From Candidatus Saccharimonadota bacterium (GTDB lineage Bacteria; Pseudomonadota; Gammaproteobacteria; Enterobacterales; Enterobacteriaceae), in NCBI GenBank assembly GCA_049942765.1, contig CP188086.1, forward strand, positions 150,001-182,000: a DNA stretch of 32,000 bases, written 5' to 3'. The notes under the pieces were generated by a model. That model did no database searches and was not told the DNA's origin. It was given only the letters and a program-made list of their open reading frames with translations. Shown in pieces: positions 9,077 to 18,710 of the stretch. Made by a program: the position numbers and the translations under genes. The stretch's first letter is position 1, and each line of letters begins with the position of its first letter.

Positions 9077-10417
9077 TTATGCAATATGTCCATTAAGTAA
9101 ATAGGTATCCGCATTTGTAATTTTTATATTTATTAGTTTTCCAATTAGATGATGTGATCCTAAAAATTTTACGATTCTATTATTTTCAGTTTTACCGTAT
9201 AATTCTAGTGGATTGTTTTTAGATATGTTTTCTACTAGTACTGTTTGTTCTGTATTTATCATTTTTTTGCTCCAATTTAATGTTTGTGTATTAATAATAT
9301 TTTGTACTTGATATAATCTATATTTTTTTTCTTCTAGTGTAGTATTATCTGTAAAATTTTCAGCAGGTGTACCTGGACGTTTAGAATATATAAAACTAAA
9401 ACTCATGTCAAAATTGATTTCTTTAATAAATTCTATAGTGGATTGAAAATCTTCTTCTGTTTCTCCTGGGAATCCAATAATAAAATCAGAACTGATTTGT
9501 ATATTTTTTCTTGCAATAGTTAATTTTTTAATTATATTTTTATATTCTTCAGTAGTATGAGATCTTTTCATTAATTGTAAAATACGATTTGATCCGCTTT
9601 GTATGGGTAGATGAAGAAAACTAACGATTTTTTTACTTTGTGTATATACATAGATAATATCATCTGTGAATTCAATAGGATTACTAGTTGTAAATCGAAT
9701 TCTTTCGATACCCTCTATTTCAGAAACGATTAGTAGTAATTCTGAGAACATATAAGATCTTCCATTTTTTCCTTTTCCTAAATAAGCATTAACATTTTGA
9801 CCTAATAAATTAATTTCTTTAACTCCTTGTTCGGATAAAGCAACAATTTCATATATAATTTTATCTATAGGGCGGCTAATTTCCCTTCCTCTAGTAAAAG
9901 GAACAATACAAAATGAACAATATTTATTACATCCTTCCATAATAGAAACTAGTGCTGTAGGTTTTTTTTTAGTTTTATAAGGAGAAATATTAAATTTATT
10001 AATATTTCTAAATGATATATCTATGATTAGTCGATTATATTTTCTAGCATTTTGAATCATATCATCTAACTTATGTAATGTTTGTGTTCCGAAAATTATA
10101 TTGATATAGTTAGCACGTTTATAGATTCTTTCACCTTCTTGTATAGCAACACATCCTCCTACTGCTATGATTAAATTTGGATTTTTTTCTTTGAGTTTTT
10201 TCCATCGCCCTAATTGATGAAATAATTTCTCTTGTGCTTTTTCTCTAATAGAACATGTATTTAAAATTAATATATTTGCATTATATTCAGTTTTAGAAAT
10301 TGTGTAAGTATTTTTTTTTATAAGATGATTTAAAATTAATTTGGAGTCATATTCGTTCATTTGACAACCCCATGTTTTAATAAACAATGTGTTATTCATA
10401 GTTATATATGTTTCCAT
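9077..10417 (-). CDS. miaB: tRNA-i6A37 methylthiotransferase MiaB
   Basis: It has KTWGCQMNEYDS, NTCSIREKAQEK and the radical-SAM cluster motif CNKYCSFCIVP, and is colinear with E. coli MiaB apart from the missing C-terminal tail. The in-frame ATG at 10399 (MNNTLFIKTWGC) matches the E. coli N-terminus (MTKKLHIKTWGC) better than the ORF-track start at 10417. Confidence 0.95.
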   Translation of the reverse strand: METYITMNNTLFIKTWGCQMNEYDSKLILNHLIKKNTYTISKTEYNANILILNTCSIREKAQEKLFHQLGRWKKLKEKNPNLIIAVGGCVAIQEGERIYKRANYINIIFGTQTLHKLDDMIQNARKYNRLIIDISFRNINKFNISPYKTKKKPTALVSIMEGCNKYCSFCIVPFTRGREISRPIDKIIYEIVALSEQGVKEINLLGQNVNAYLGKGKNGRSYMFSELLLIVSEIEGIERIRFTTSNPIEFTDDIIYVYTQSKKIVSFLHLPIQSGSNRILQLMKRSHTTEEYKNIIKKLTIARKNIQISSDFIIGFPGETEEDFQSTIEFIKEINFDMSFSFIYSKRPGTPAENFTDNTTLEEKKYRLYQVQNIINTQTLNWSKKMINTEQTVLVENISKNNPLELYGKTENNRIVKFLGSHHLIGKLINIKITNADTYLLNGHIA

Positions 10418-10527
10418 TATTAAAATAAATGTAGTGTTAGATATACAAATATCATTGTTGAATAATTATTTTCTATTGTATATTGGATATTATATTACAT
10501 TTAAATAATGTATTTAAAATTTTTACT

Positions 10528-11322
10528 TTATACAGCTATTTTAACTTTTATGGATGGATAAGGGATATATTTAATAATGTTAAAATTATTTATTTTATAA
10601 TTAAAGATAGATTTTGGACAGTTTTTTAAGATTAATTGAGGTAATATTTTAGGTGTCCTTTGTAGTTGGATGGTGGCAGCGTTTATATGATTTTGATATA
10701 GATGTACATCACCACCTGTCCATAATAATTGTCCTACTTTTAAGCGACATTGTTGTGCTATCATATGAGTTAATAAAGCATAGCTAGCTATATTAAATGG
10801 TAATCCAAGAAATATGTCACATGATCGTTGATAAATTTGACAACTAATTATGTTATTTATAACATAAAATTGAAAGAGAACATGACATGGTGGCAATGCC
10901 ATTTTATTTATTTCAGATACATTCCAACTGGATACAATGATTCTTCGAGATGATGGTTCTGTATTAATTGTATTAATAGCTAATTGAATTTGATCAATAG
11001 TATCTCCTTGATATGTTTTCCAGTATCTCCATTGTTTTCCATAAATAGGTCCTAATTCACCTGATTCATTAGCCCATGGATTCCAAATGGTAATGTTATG
11101 TTTGTTTAAATATTTTATGTTGGTATCTCCTTTTAAAAACCATAATAGTTCATGTACAATTGAATTAAAATGACATTTTTTAGTAGTTAGTAAAGGAAAT
11201 CCTTGATTGAGATTAATTTTTAAATGTTCTCCAAAAATAGATAGTGTTCCAGTTTTTGTTCGATCTTGTTTTTTTTTTCCATGTGTTATTACTTTTTTTA
11301 GTAATGATAAATATTTTTTCAT
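10528..11322 (-). CDS. thyA: thymidylate synthase
   Basis: 264 aa, the same length as E. coli ThyA. It has DRTKTGTLSIFG, the catalytic Cys in MALPPCH, and QRSCDIFLGLPFNIASYALL. Confidence 0.98.
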   Translation of the reverse strand: MKKYLSLLKKVITHGKKKQDRTKTGTLSIFGEHLKINLNQGFPLLTTKKCHFNSIVHELLWFLKGDTNIKYLNKHNITIWNPWANESGELGPIYGKQWRYWKTYQGDTIDQIQLAINTINTEPSSRRIIVSSWNVSEINKMALPPCHVLFQFYVINNIISCQIYQRSCDIFLGLPFNIASYALLTHMIAQQCRLKVGQLLWTGGDVHLYQNHINAATIQLQRTPKILPQLILKNCPKSIFNYKINNFNIIKYIPYPSIKVKIAV

Positions 11323-11330
11323 TTTATTTT

Positions 11331-12188
11331 TTATTTATTTGATTTTTTTATATTAATAAAAATAATTATTCCAATTACAAGCATAGGAATAGATAATATT
11401 TGACCCAATGTAAAAAAATTATAAAAAAAACCTAATTGTATATCTGGTTCTCTAAAAAATTCTAAAAATATTCTGATAATTGAGTAATATATTAAAAATA
11501 GAGCAGACATATATCCATTTTTATTTTTTTTGTGTTTTATATGATTAAAGATAATAAATAATATTATACCTTCAAAAAAAAACTCATATAGTTGCGAAGG
11601 ATGTCTTGGTAACAATCCCCATGTATCGAAAATATGTTGTAATTCTGGATGAGTTTTTAATGTTTCTATATCTATTTTTTTTGAAGATGGAAAAAACATA
11701 TATATAGGACTATTAACATTTATTCGTCCTATTAGTTCACCATTAATTAAGTTTCCAATACGACCAGCTCCTAATCCGAATGGTATTATTGGTATAATAA
11801 AATCAGAGATTTCAAAAAACTTTTTTTTATTTTTTTTTATAAAATAATATATAGTTATAGAGCCTCCTATTAAGCCTCCATGAAATGACATTCCACCTTT
11901 CCAAATTTTAAAACATTCTAATATATTATTCATATAAAAATAATAATTATAGAAAACAATATATCCTAATCGACCACCTAATAATACACCTATGAAAACA
12001 ATATATAAAATATTGTATATATTTTTATAAATCCAATAATTTTTATTTTTTAAAGCAAGGGATTGGGAAAATTGGATTGCAAAAAATAAACTAATAATAT
12101 ACATTACCCCGTACCAATGAATGGAGAAATTCCCAATGTAACAAGCTACTGGATTGAAATTAGGAAATAATAAATAATATTTGTTCAT
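11331..12188 (-). CDS. lgt: phosphatidylglycerol:prolipoprotein diacylglyceryl transferase
   Basis: 285 aa polytopic membrane protein. It has HWYGVMY, GGMSFHGGLIG, GRIGNLINGEL and LPRHPSQLYE blocks, as in E. coli Lgt. It lies 8 nt upstream of thyA, matching the lgt-thyA operon. Confidence 0.96.
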   Translation of the reverse strand: MNKYYLLFPNFNPVACYIGNFSIHWYGVMYIISLFFAIQFSQSLALKNKNYWIYKNIYNILYIVFIGVLLGGRLGYIVFYNYYFYMNNILECFKIWKGGMSFHGGLIGGSITIYYFIKKNKKKFFEISDFIIPIIPFGLGAGRIGNLINGELIGRINVNSPIYMFFPSSKKIDIETLKTHPELQHIFDTWGLLPRHPSQLYEFFFEGIILFIIFNHIKHKKNKNGYMSALFLIYYSIIRIFLEFFREPDIQLGFFYNFFTLGQILSIPMLVIGIIIFINIKKSNK

Positions 12189-12376
12189 TACATTCCATAT
12201 ATTTATGTTAAAGATATAAAAGTTAAAAATATAAATATATTTTTATTATTAAGTTATAATATATAATTTTTATGATTTATCGTTGATTTGTTTTTTTAAT
12301 ATAATTTTTTGTTGTTAATAACAAATAATGATTTGTTTTTTAATAGATTATTTTCCTTTGATGTAATTATTTGTGT

Positions 12377-13609
12377 TCATGATAATTCTAATTGAATCAT
12401 TTGTTTAATTGTTTGTTTTTGTCGAATTAATAATGGAATATCATTTATTAATAAAATTTCAGGGATTAAAGGTCTACTATTATAATTTGATGACATGGAA
12501 GCACCATAGGCTCCTGTATCATGAAAAATAAGATAATCTCCTACTATTGATTTTGGTAAAGCTCTAGAAATAGGTTCATTGTTTTTCTGCGTAAAAATGT
12601 CTCCAGATTCACACAATGGACCTCCTATAATAGTATTGATTATTGGTGCATTTTTTATTAATTGATGTTGGTGATCTATAATGGATATTTTATGGTAACT
12701 ACCATACATTGTAGGTCTAACAAAATCATTAAAACCTGCGTTAATTAAGGTATAATGTTTTTTTCCCATTTTTTTTATAGCTCTTATTTCTGATACTAAT
12801 ATGCCAGATTCAGCTACTAAAAATCGTCCTGGTTCAATTTCTAATTTAATGGTATGTCCTAGATGTTTTTCTATATTTTTTTTTGTGTTATTCCATAACT
12901 GAAAATAATGTTCTATATCAATGTGATGATCTGTTGATTGATATGGTATTGGTAATCCTCCGCCAGCCGAGATCCATTTTATGTCATAATTTAAATTATA
13001 TATTGTATTTTCCATAGCAGTACAAACAGATTTAATTGTATTGATATTAAATCCAGATCCGATATGTATATGAACTCCTATTAATATTAAATTATATTTT
13101 TTTATACTAGCTATTGCTGTTTGTACATCCCAAATCCCATGTTTGCTATTTTCTCCTCCTGTATTAGTTTTGGAATGGTGTCCATCGCCAAATTGTGGAT
13201 TTATTCTAATCCATATTTTGTGTCCAGGAGACATATTACCTAGTTGTTTAATCATATCTATTGATCCTACATTGACTGTGATATTTAATTCAACAATTCT
13301 TAGTAAAGTTTGATGATCAAATAAGTCAGCAGTAAATACTATTTCTTTTGGTGTAAATCCGGCTAGTAACGCTCGTTCGATTTCTCCTTGAGATACTGCA
13401 TCAATATGAAGTCCAGATTGTTTTATTATTTTTAATATATGAATATTAGAGCATGCTTTTTGAGCAAATCTAATACGATCAAATTTTTGAATTAATTTAA
13501 TTTTTTTATCGATTTTTTCTTTATTATATATCCATATAGGAGTGCCATATTTTTTTATAATATTAATGATTGTATCGATTTTAAAAGTATTTTTGTAATT
13601 AGTTTTCAT
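12377..13609 (-). CDS. lysA: diaminopimelate decarboxylase
   Basis: 410 aa versus 420 in E. coli. It has RFAQKACSNIHIL (PLP lysine), TNTGGENSKHGIW, EIEPGRFLVA, and CESGDIF...HDTGAYGASMSSNYNSRPL. Confidence 0.97.
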   Translation of the reverse strand: MKTNYKNTFKIDTIINIIKKYGTPIWIYNKEKIDKKIKLIQKFDRIRFAQKACSNIHILKIIKQSGLHIDAVSQGEIERALLAGFTPKEIVFTADLFDHQTLLRIVELNITVNVGSIDMIKQLGNMSPGHKIWIRINPQFGDGHHSKTNTGGENSKHGIWDVQTAIASIKKYNLILIGVHIHIGSGFNINTIKSVCTAMENTIYNLNYDIKWISAGGGLPIPYQSTDHHIDIEHYFQLWNNTKKNIEKHLGHTIKLEIEPGRFLVAESGILVSEIRAIKKMGKKHYTLINAGFNDFVRPTMYGSYHKISIIDHQHQLIKNAPIINTIIGGPLCESGDIFTQKNNEPISRALPKSIVGDYLIFHDTGAYGASMSSNYNSRPLIPEILLINDIPLLIRQKQTIKQMIQLELS

Positions 13610-13700
13610 TAGATTTAATCCTTTTTGTTAGATGGAAAATATTAATTTTTTTTTACAAATCTTTAGATATAAAGATGTAACTGAAATATTTAATTGTCAA

Positions 13701-15215
13701 TTAAATGTAATTTTTTTGTTTGTTTACTCGCATAGTGGGAAATAAAATTACATCTTTAATACTGCTTTGATTAGTAAACATCATAATTAATCGATCTATT
13801 CCAATTCCTAACCCTGCGGTTGGTGGTAATCCATGCTCTAATGCTATAATATAGTCTTTATCATAAAACATTGCTTCTTCATCACCTAAATTTTTTTGAT
13901 ATAACTGTTCTTTAAATCTTTTTTTTTGATCTTCTGAATCGTTTAATTCTGAAAATCCATTAGCTATTTCACATCCTCCTAAAAAAAATTCAAACCGATC
14001 TGCTATATGTTGATTAATATTATTTCTTCTAGATAAAGGAGATATATCTATAGGGTATTCTGTGATAAAGGTTGGTTCTATTAGATTTTTTTCGACATAT
14101 TTTTCAAAAATACAATGTGTTATTTTTCCGATAGTCCAATTTGCTTCATATTTTATTTTTAATTCTCTAGCTATTTTAGTTACTCCATGTATATTATTTA
14201 GATCTGAACATTTAACATTTGGTACATATTTTGTTATAGCTTCTTTCATTGTTAAACGTTCATATTTTTTAGAAAAATCAAATATATAATTTTTATATTT
14301 TAATATATAACTATTATTTATTGTTTTACTGATAAACATTAGTATTTTTTTAATAAATTGCATCATATATTGATAATTTTCATAAGCAATATAAATTTCC
14401 ATCATGGTAAATTCTGGGTTATGTTTAGAAGATATTCCTTCGTTTCTAAAATTTTTATTAATTTCAAATATTTTATGAAAACCTCCAATGATAAGACGTT
14501 TTAGATAAAGTTCTGGTGCAATTCTTAAATACATTTTTTCATTTAAAGTATTATGAAAAGTAACAAAAGGACGTGCATTAGCTCCACCAGGAATAGTTTG
14601 CATCATAGGTGTTTCAACTTCTAGAAATTGATTATCGTTCATAAAATTTCTAATAATCATAATTATTTGTGATCGTATTTTAAAAATTTTTTTTACGTCA
14701 TGGTTGATAATTAAATCTAAATATCGTAAACGGTATCGTAGTTCTTGATTGGTTAAACCGTGAAATTTATTAGGCAGTGATCGAAGTGATTTCGTAAGTA
14801 ATGTAGTATTAATACAATTAATTGTTAATTGATTTGTATTAGTTTTAAATATTATACCTTCAACTGCCAATATATCACCGAGATCCAGTTCTTTAATGTT
14901 TTTTTCGTAAGCATGTGAATGAGATAAAAAATTTTTTTTAATATATAATTGTATTGTATGATTTTGATCTTGTAAGGTTATAAAAGTAGCTTTACCAATA
15001 ATTCTTCGTTGAATAATTCGTCCGGCTATTTTGACAGTTTGTTTGATAGCAAGTAGTTTTTCTTTAGATAAATGGTTGTATTTTAAATGAATATCATAAG
15101 CATTGGAATTAGTTGTAAAATTATTTGGGAATAAAAAACCATTTTTTTTTAATTTAATTAATTTTTCTAATCGTATTTGATATTCATTATTTTTATTATT
15201 TTTAATTAATGACAT
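13701..15215 (-). CDS. lysS: lysyl-tRNA synthetase (class II)
   Basis: 504 aa versus 505 in E. coli. It has class II motifs (FRNEGIS, EFTMMEIY, GLGIGIDRLIM). The start is preceded by AAGGA, which overlaps the prfB stop, as expected for the prfB-lysS operon. Confidence 0.98.
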   Translation of the reverse strand: MSLIKNNKNNEYQIRLEKLIKLKKNGFLFPNNFTTNSNAYDIHLKYNHLSKEKLLAIKQTVKIAGRIIQRRIIGKATFITLQDQNHTIQLYIKKNFLSHSHAYEKNIKELDLGDILAVEGIIFKTNTNQLTINCINTTLLTKSLRSLPNKFHGLTNQELRYRLRYLDLIINHDVKKIFKIRSQIIMIIRNFMNDNQFLEVETPMMQTIPGGANARPFVTFHNTLNEKMYLRIAPELYLKRLIIGGFHKIFEINKNFRNEGISSKHNPEFTMMEIYIAYENYQYMMQFIKKILMFISKTINNSYILKYKNYIFDFSKKYERLTMKEAITKYVPNVKCSDLNNIHGVTKIARELKIKYEANWTIGKITHCIFEKYVEKNLIEPTFITEYPIDISPLSRRNNINQHIADRFEFFLGGCEIANGFSELNDSEDQKKRFKEQLYQKNLGDEEAMFYDKDYIIALEHGLPPTAGLGIGIDRLIMMFTNQSSIKDVILFPTMRVNKQKNYI

Positions 15216-15226
15216 ATATACGTTCC

Positions 15227-16325
15227 TTATACTTTTAATGTTAAATTAGCTAGTATTAGTTCAGTTAAGTCACCATTTAAGATATTATTGACATCTCTAT
15301 ATTCTTGTCCTGTACGCAAGTCTTTAATTCGAGATTGATCTAGTATATATGATCTAATTTGTTTTCCCCATCCTATATTAGATTTATTGTCTTCTAATAT
15401 TTTTTTTTCTATATTTTTTTCTTTGTTTTTTAAATTATATAATTTTGCTTGAATTTGTTTCATTGCTTGTTCTTTATTTTTATGTTGTGATCTATTTTGT
15501 TGGCATTGGGTAGTTAATCCAGTGGGTAAATGAGTGATTCTGATAGCTGATTCCGTTTTATTTACATGTTGTCCTCCTGCTCCTGATGCTTTATATACAT
15601 CAATTCGAATATCGTTAAGGTTTATATTAATATTTATATTATTTGGTACATCTGCATAGACAAATACTGAACTAAAAGAAGTATGTCTACGATTACCAGT
15701 ATTAAAAGGACTTTTACGCACTAATCTATGTATTCCAGTTTCTGTTCTTAACCATCCAAATGCATAATATCCTATTATTTTAAGGGTAGCAGATTTTATT
15801 CCATTAATTTCTCCTGTAGAAATATTAATGATTTCTGATTTAAATCCTTGTTTATCTATCCATTTTAAATACATACGTAATAACATATTGGTCCAATCTT
15901 GTGCTTCTATACCGCCAGAACCTGATTGAAGGTCTAAATAGCAGTTTAGATTATCATGTTCATTGGAAAAAATATGCAAAAGTTCTATATGATTAATTTT
16001 TTTTTCTAGTTGTTCTATATTGGATAGTAATTCAGATTTAATTTGTATGTCATTACATTCTATGAATAATTCTAATAGTATTTTAGATTCATCTAATAGA
16101 TTGTCAATGAATTGAATATTATGAATATATTGTTTTAAATTAGATTGTTCTTTGTGTAGTTTTGTTAATTGAGGATCGTTAATCCATGTTTTATATGTGT
16201 TTATTTCTGATGTTATTTCAGATAGTTTATGTTGTTTATTTTTATATTCAAAGATTCCTCCATATTTTGTTTTTTCGGTGATTTAATTCATAAATTTTAT
16301 TTTTTATAGTATTTGTTTCTAACAT
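15227..16325 (-). CDS. prfB: peptide chain release factor 2, expressed through a programmed +1 ribosomal frameshift at codon 26
   Basis: ATG at 16325. Frame 0 reads MLETNTIKNKIYELNHRKNKIWRNL, then TGA (16250-16248). The +1 frame from 16249 (GAA...) is open to the stop at 15227 (341 codons including the stop). It contains the SPF tripeptide motif and GGQHVNKTESA. The total of 365 aa equals E. coli RF2. Confidence 0.95.
16248..16262 (-). promoter_or_regulatory. prfB autoregulatory +1 frameshift cassette (internal SD-like GGAGG, slippery CUU, in-frame UGA)
   Basis: The minus strand reads TGG AGG AAT CTT TGA A. Compare E. coli AGG GGG TAT CTT TGA C. The spacing between the SD-like element and CTT matches the E. 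coli cassette, and the shift falls after codon 25, also as in E. coli. Confidence 0.9.
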
Positions 16326-16549
16326 AATCTTCTCTTTTTTATTGATCAAAAAAATTAATTATATTATATAATAAAATATATTTATTATAATTAATATTTT
16401 TACAATGTAGATTTATAATTAGCTAACTAATATATATTTATTTTTTAATATTGTTTACATATATATAAATATATTCATTGAATAATGTAAATTATGAAGT
16501 TAAATATATTAAATAGTATATCATTTTTCATTGATATTTAATATTCCAT

Positions 16550-17536
16550 ATGGTGTTATATATGACATTAAAAAATCATTGTGTTTTATCTAATGAAATT
16601 AATTCTGAAATCATTTCTTTAGAAGATTGGTCTTGTATTTTTTTTCGTGGTTTAGATGTAAAAAAATATTTACAACATCAATTAACAATTAATGTATTAT
16701 TATTAGATAAATCTCATCATGCAATTTCAGCTCAATGCAATCGTTATGGTAAAGTATGTAGTGTTAATAGAATATTTTTTGATCAAAAAGGTATGGTTTG
16801 TATAGTTAGAACTAGTTTATTAAAAGAATCATTAGAACATTTTAAAAAATATTCTATTTTTTCTAAAGTAAATATTTTTATAGATAATAATTTTGTTTTA
16901 TTAGCTGCTAGTGAATTGAATAGTAAAATGATTTTACAGGATTGGGGATTATCAATTCCAAATATCTACAAAACTGTAGTGTGTAATTCTGATATTAGTA
17001 TATTGTGGTTTGGGTTACCTAGAAATCATTTTTTATTATTAATTCCATTATCTTTAGCTGCAGATTTTCAAAAAAAATATTGTATTAAAGTTATTGATAA
17101 TATAAATTGGTGTTATTTAAACTTTATGTCAGGTTTTCCTATTTTTGATAAAGGAATGGAATATAAATTAACACCATATGCTATTAATTTAGATTTTTTA
17201 AAGGGAATAGATTTTAATAAAGGTTGTTATTTAGGTCAAGAGAATATTGCTAAAATTTATTTTAGAAAGAAAAATTATAAAAAAATGTATTGGTTAATCG
17301 GAAAAAACAATAATAATTTGGAAGTTGTAGGAGGTATTTTATCAATTAAAGATAAAAAAAATGTTTTTTATGATATTGGAATAGTGTTATCAGTTATAAA
17401 AATCAATTATAAAATATTATGGATTCAAGCTATTTTAAATATTAATTTAAATATTAATTGCGAAATTTATGTTAATCACGATTTAAGTTCTCCTTTTTTT
17501 ATAAATCCATCAATTTTTTATAATTGTGTTATTTAG
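16550..17536 (+). CDS. ygfZ: folate-binding tRNA-modification protein YgfZ
   Basis: 328 aa versus 326 in E. coli. It has the signature KGCYLGQE (E. coli KGCYTGQE) and FKKYSIFSKV (E. coli LKKYAVFSKV). It is divergent from prfB, as in E. coli. An alternative start is the ATG at 16562. Confidence 0.88.
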   Translation: MVLYMTLKNHCVLSNEINSEIISLEDWSCIFFRGLDVKKYLQHQLTINVLLLDKSHHAISAQCNRYGKVCSVNRIFFDQKGMVCIVRTSLLKESLEHFKKYSIFSKVNIFIDNNFVLLAASELNSKMILQDWGLSIPNIYKTVVCNSDISILWFGLPRNHFLLLIPLSLAADFQKKYCIKVIDNINWCYLNFMSGFPIFDKGMEYKLTPYAINLDFLKGIDFNKGCYLGQENIAKIYFRKKNYKKMYWLIGKNNNNLEVVGGILSIKDKKNVFYDIGIVLSVIKINYKILWIQAILNINLNINCEIYVNHDLSSPFFINPSIFYNCVI

Positions 17537-17757
17537 TTATGACATCAAAATAAATTTTTATAATTAAAGAATTATAAATGTGATATATCATCATACAAAT
17601 ACAGTATATGTTTATATAATATTATTTTTATATTTATTAATTCATCAATTTATGAAAATTAATATAACTTATCAGTTAAGACTACTATATTTTAATTTTT
17701 TTTTAATATAACATGTTTTTAGTTTATAAAATATAAAATTTATTGTTATATAGGATC

Positions 17758-18405
17758 ATGGATAAGGGTATGTTATTTATTGTATCTGCTCCAAGTGGAA
17801 CTGGTAAATCAAGTTTAATTAAGTCATTGTTAGATAGTGATTTGAAATATAATAATCAGATTTCTATTTCATATACTACTAGAAGAATTAGACCTGGAGA
17901 GTATGAAGGAGTCCATTATTATTTTATTTCAACTCAAAAATTTTTGAAAATGATTCGAGAAAAAGAATTTTTAGAACATGCTAAAGTGTTTAATCATTAT
18001 TATGGGACTTCTAAAAAATTAGTTGATCGATCTCTATCTAATGGAATTAATGTATTTCTTGATATTGATTGGCAAGGGGCTCAACAACTTAGGTCTAAAA
18101 ATTTTAATATATGTAGTATTTTTGTTTTACCTCCATCTAAGTTAGAATTATATCGTAGATTGAGCAATCGTGGTCAGGATACACATGAGGTTATTTCTAA
18201 AAGAATGAAAGCAGCAGTATCAGAAATGAAACATTATTTGGAATATGATTATTTAATTATCAATGATAACTTTGGCGTTGCAGTATCTGATTTATCATTA
18301 ATTGTAAGATCACAACAATTAAGTACATGTATGCAAAAATATAAATATCATTCTTTAATTGATCAGTTAATTACTAATGTAGTATACAATAAAAATATTA
18401 GGTAA
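17758..18405 (+). CDS. gmk: guanylate kinase
   Basis: MDKGMLFIVSAPSGTGKSS aligns residue-for-residue with E. coli MAQGTLYIVSAPSGAGKSS. It also has DIDWQGAQQ and YDYLI(I/V)ND. I prefer the ATG at 17758 over the ORF-track TTG at 17743. Confidence 0.95.
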   Translation: MDKGMLFIVSAPSGTGKSSLIKSLLDSDLKYNNQISISYTTRRIRPGEYEGVHYYFISTQKFLKMIREKEFLEHAKVFNHYYGTSKKLVDRSLSNGINVFLDIDWQGAQQLRSKNFNICSIFVLPPSKLELYRRLSNRGQDTHEVISKRMKAAVSEMKHYLEYDYLIINDNFGVAVSDLSLIVRSQQLSTCMQKYKYHSLIDQLITNVVYNKNIR

Positions 18406-18616
18406 TGATGGATAGTATATGTTAATTTTAATATTTTGATGAGTGTAATTAATATATTTGTGATTTATGTATATGAAATATTTTATACACGGTAATAAAT
18501 AAGATTTTATGTTGTTTACATATAATAAATATTTTTATAATAATATTATTATATATATATTTATTAAATGATAAAATGTTTTTTATGTAAGTTATTTAAT
18601 ATGATTTATATTATTA

Positions 18617-18648
18617 ATATAATCCTATTTACAATAATAGGATTATAT
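18617..18648. terminator. Perfect 13-bp hairpin in the gmk/typA convergent spacer (possible terminator)
   Basis: Bases 18617-18629 (atataatcctatt) are the exact reverse complement of 18636-18648, with a 6-nt loop (tacaat). A T10 run (18662-18671) follows 13 nt downstream on the + strand. No T run follows on the minus strand. Confidence 0.3.
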
Positions 18649-18710
18649 ATTTGTTGGAATATTTTTTTTTTGATTGTTTGTTATTAATATAATAATGGAT
18701 ATTTACATTA

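Noticed and set aside
14062-14289. A 75-aa + strand ORF inside lysS
   Set aside because: It is an antisense shadow of a highly conserved class II synthetase gene, with hydrophobic low-complexity content and no SD or homology.
15227-16325. prfB read as a frameshifted pseudogene (the track shows only the 250-aa C-terminal ORF)
   Set aside because: The break is the canonical programmed +1 site (GGAGG-N-CTT TGA) at the same codon as in E. coli, and both parts are intact. This is normal RF2 biology, not decay.
17743-17757. The TTG start for gmk proposed by the ORF track
   Set aside because: The in-frame ATG at 17758 gives an N-terminus (MDKGM-LFIVSAPSG) that aligns residue-for-residue with E. 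coli Gmk. The 5 extra codons have no support.
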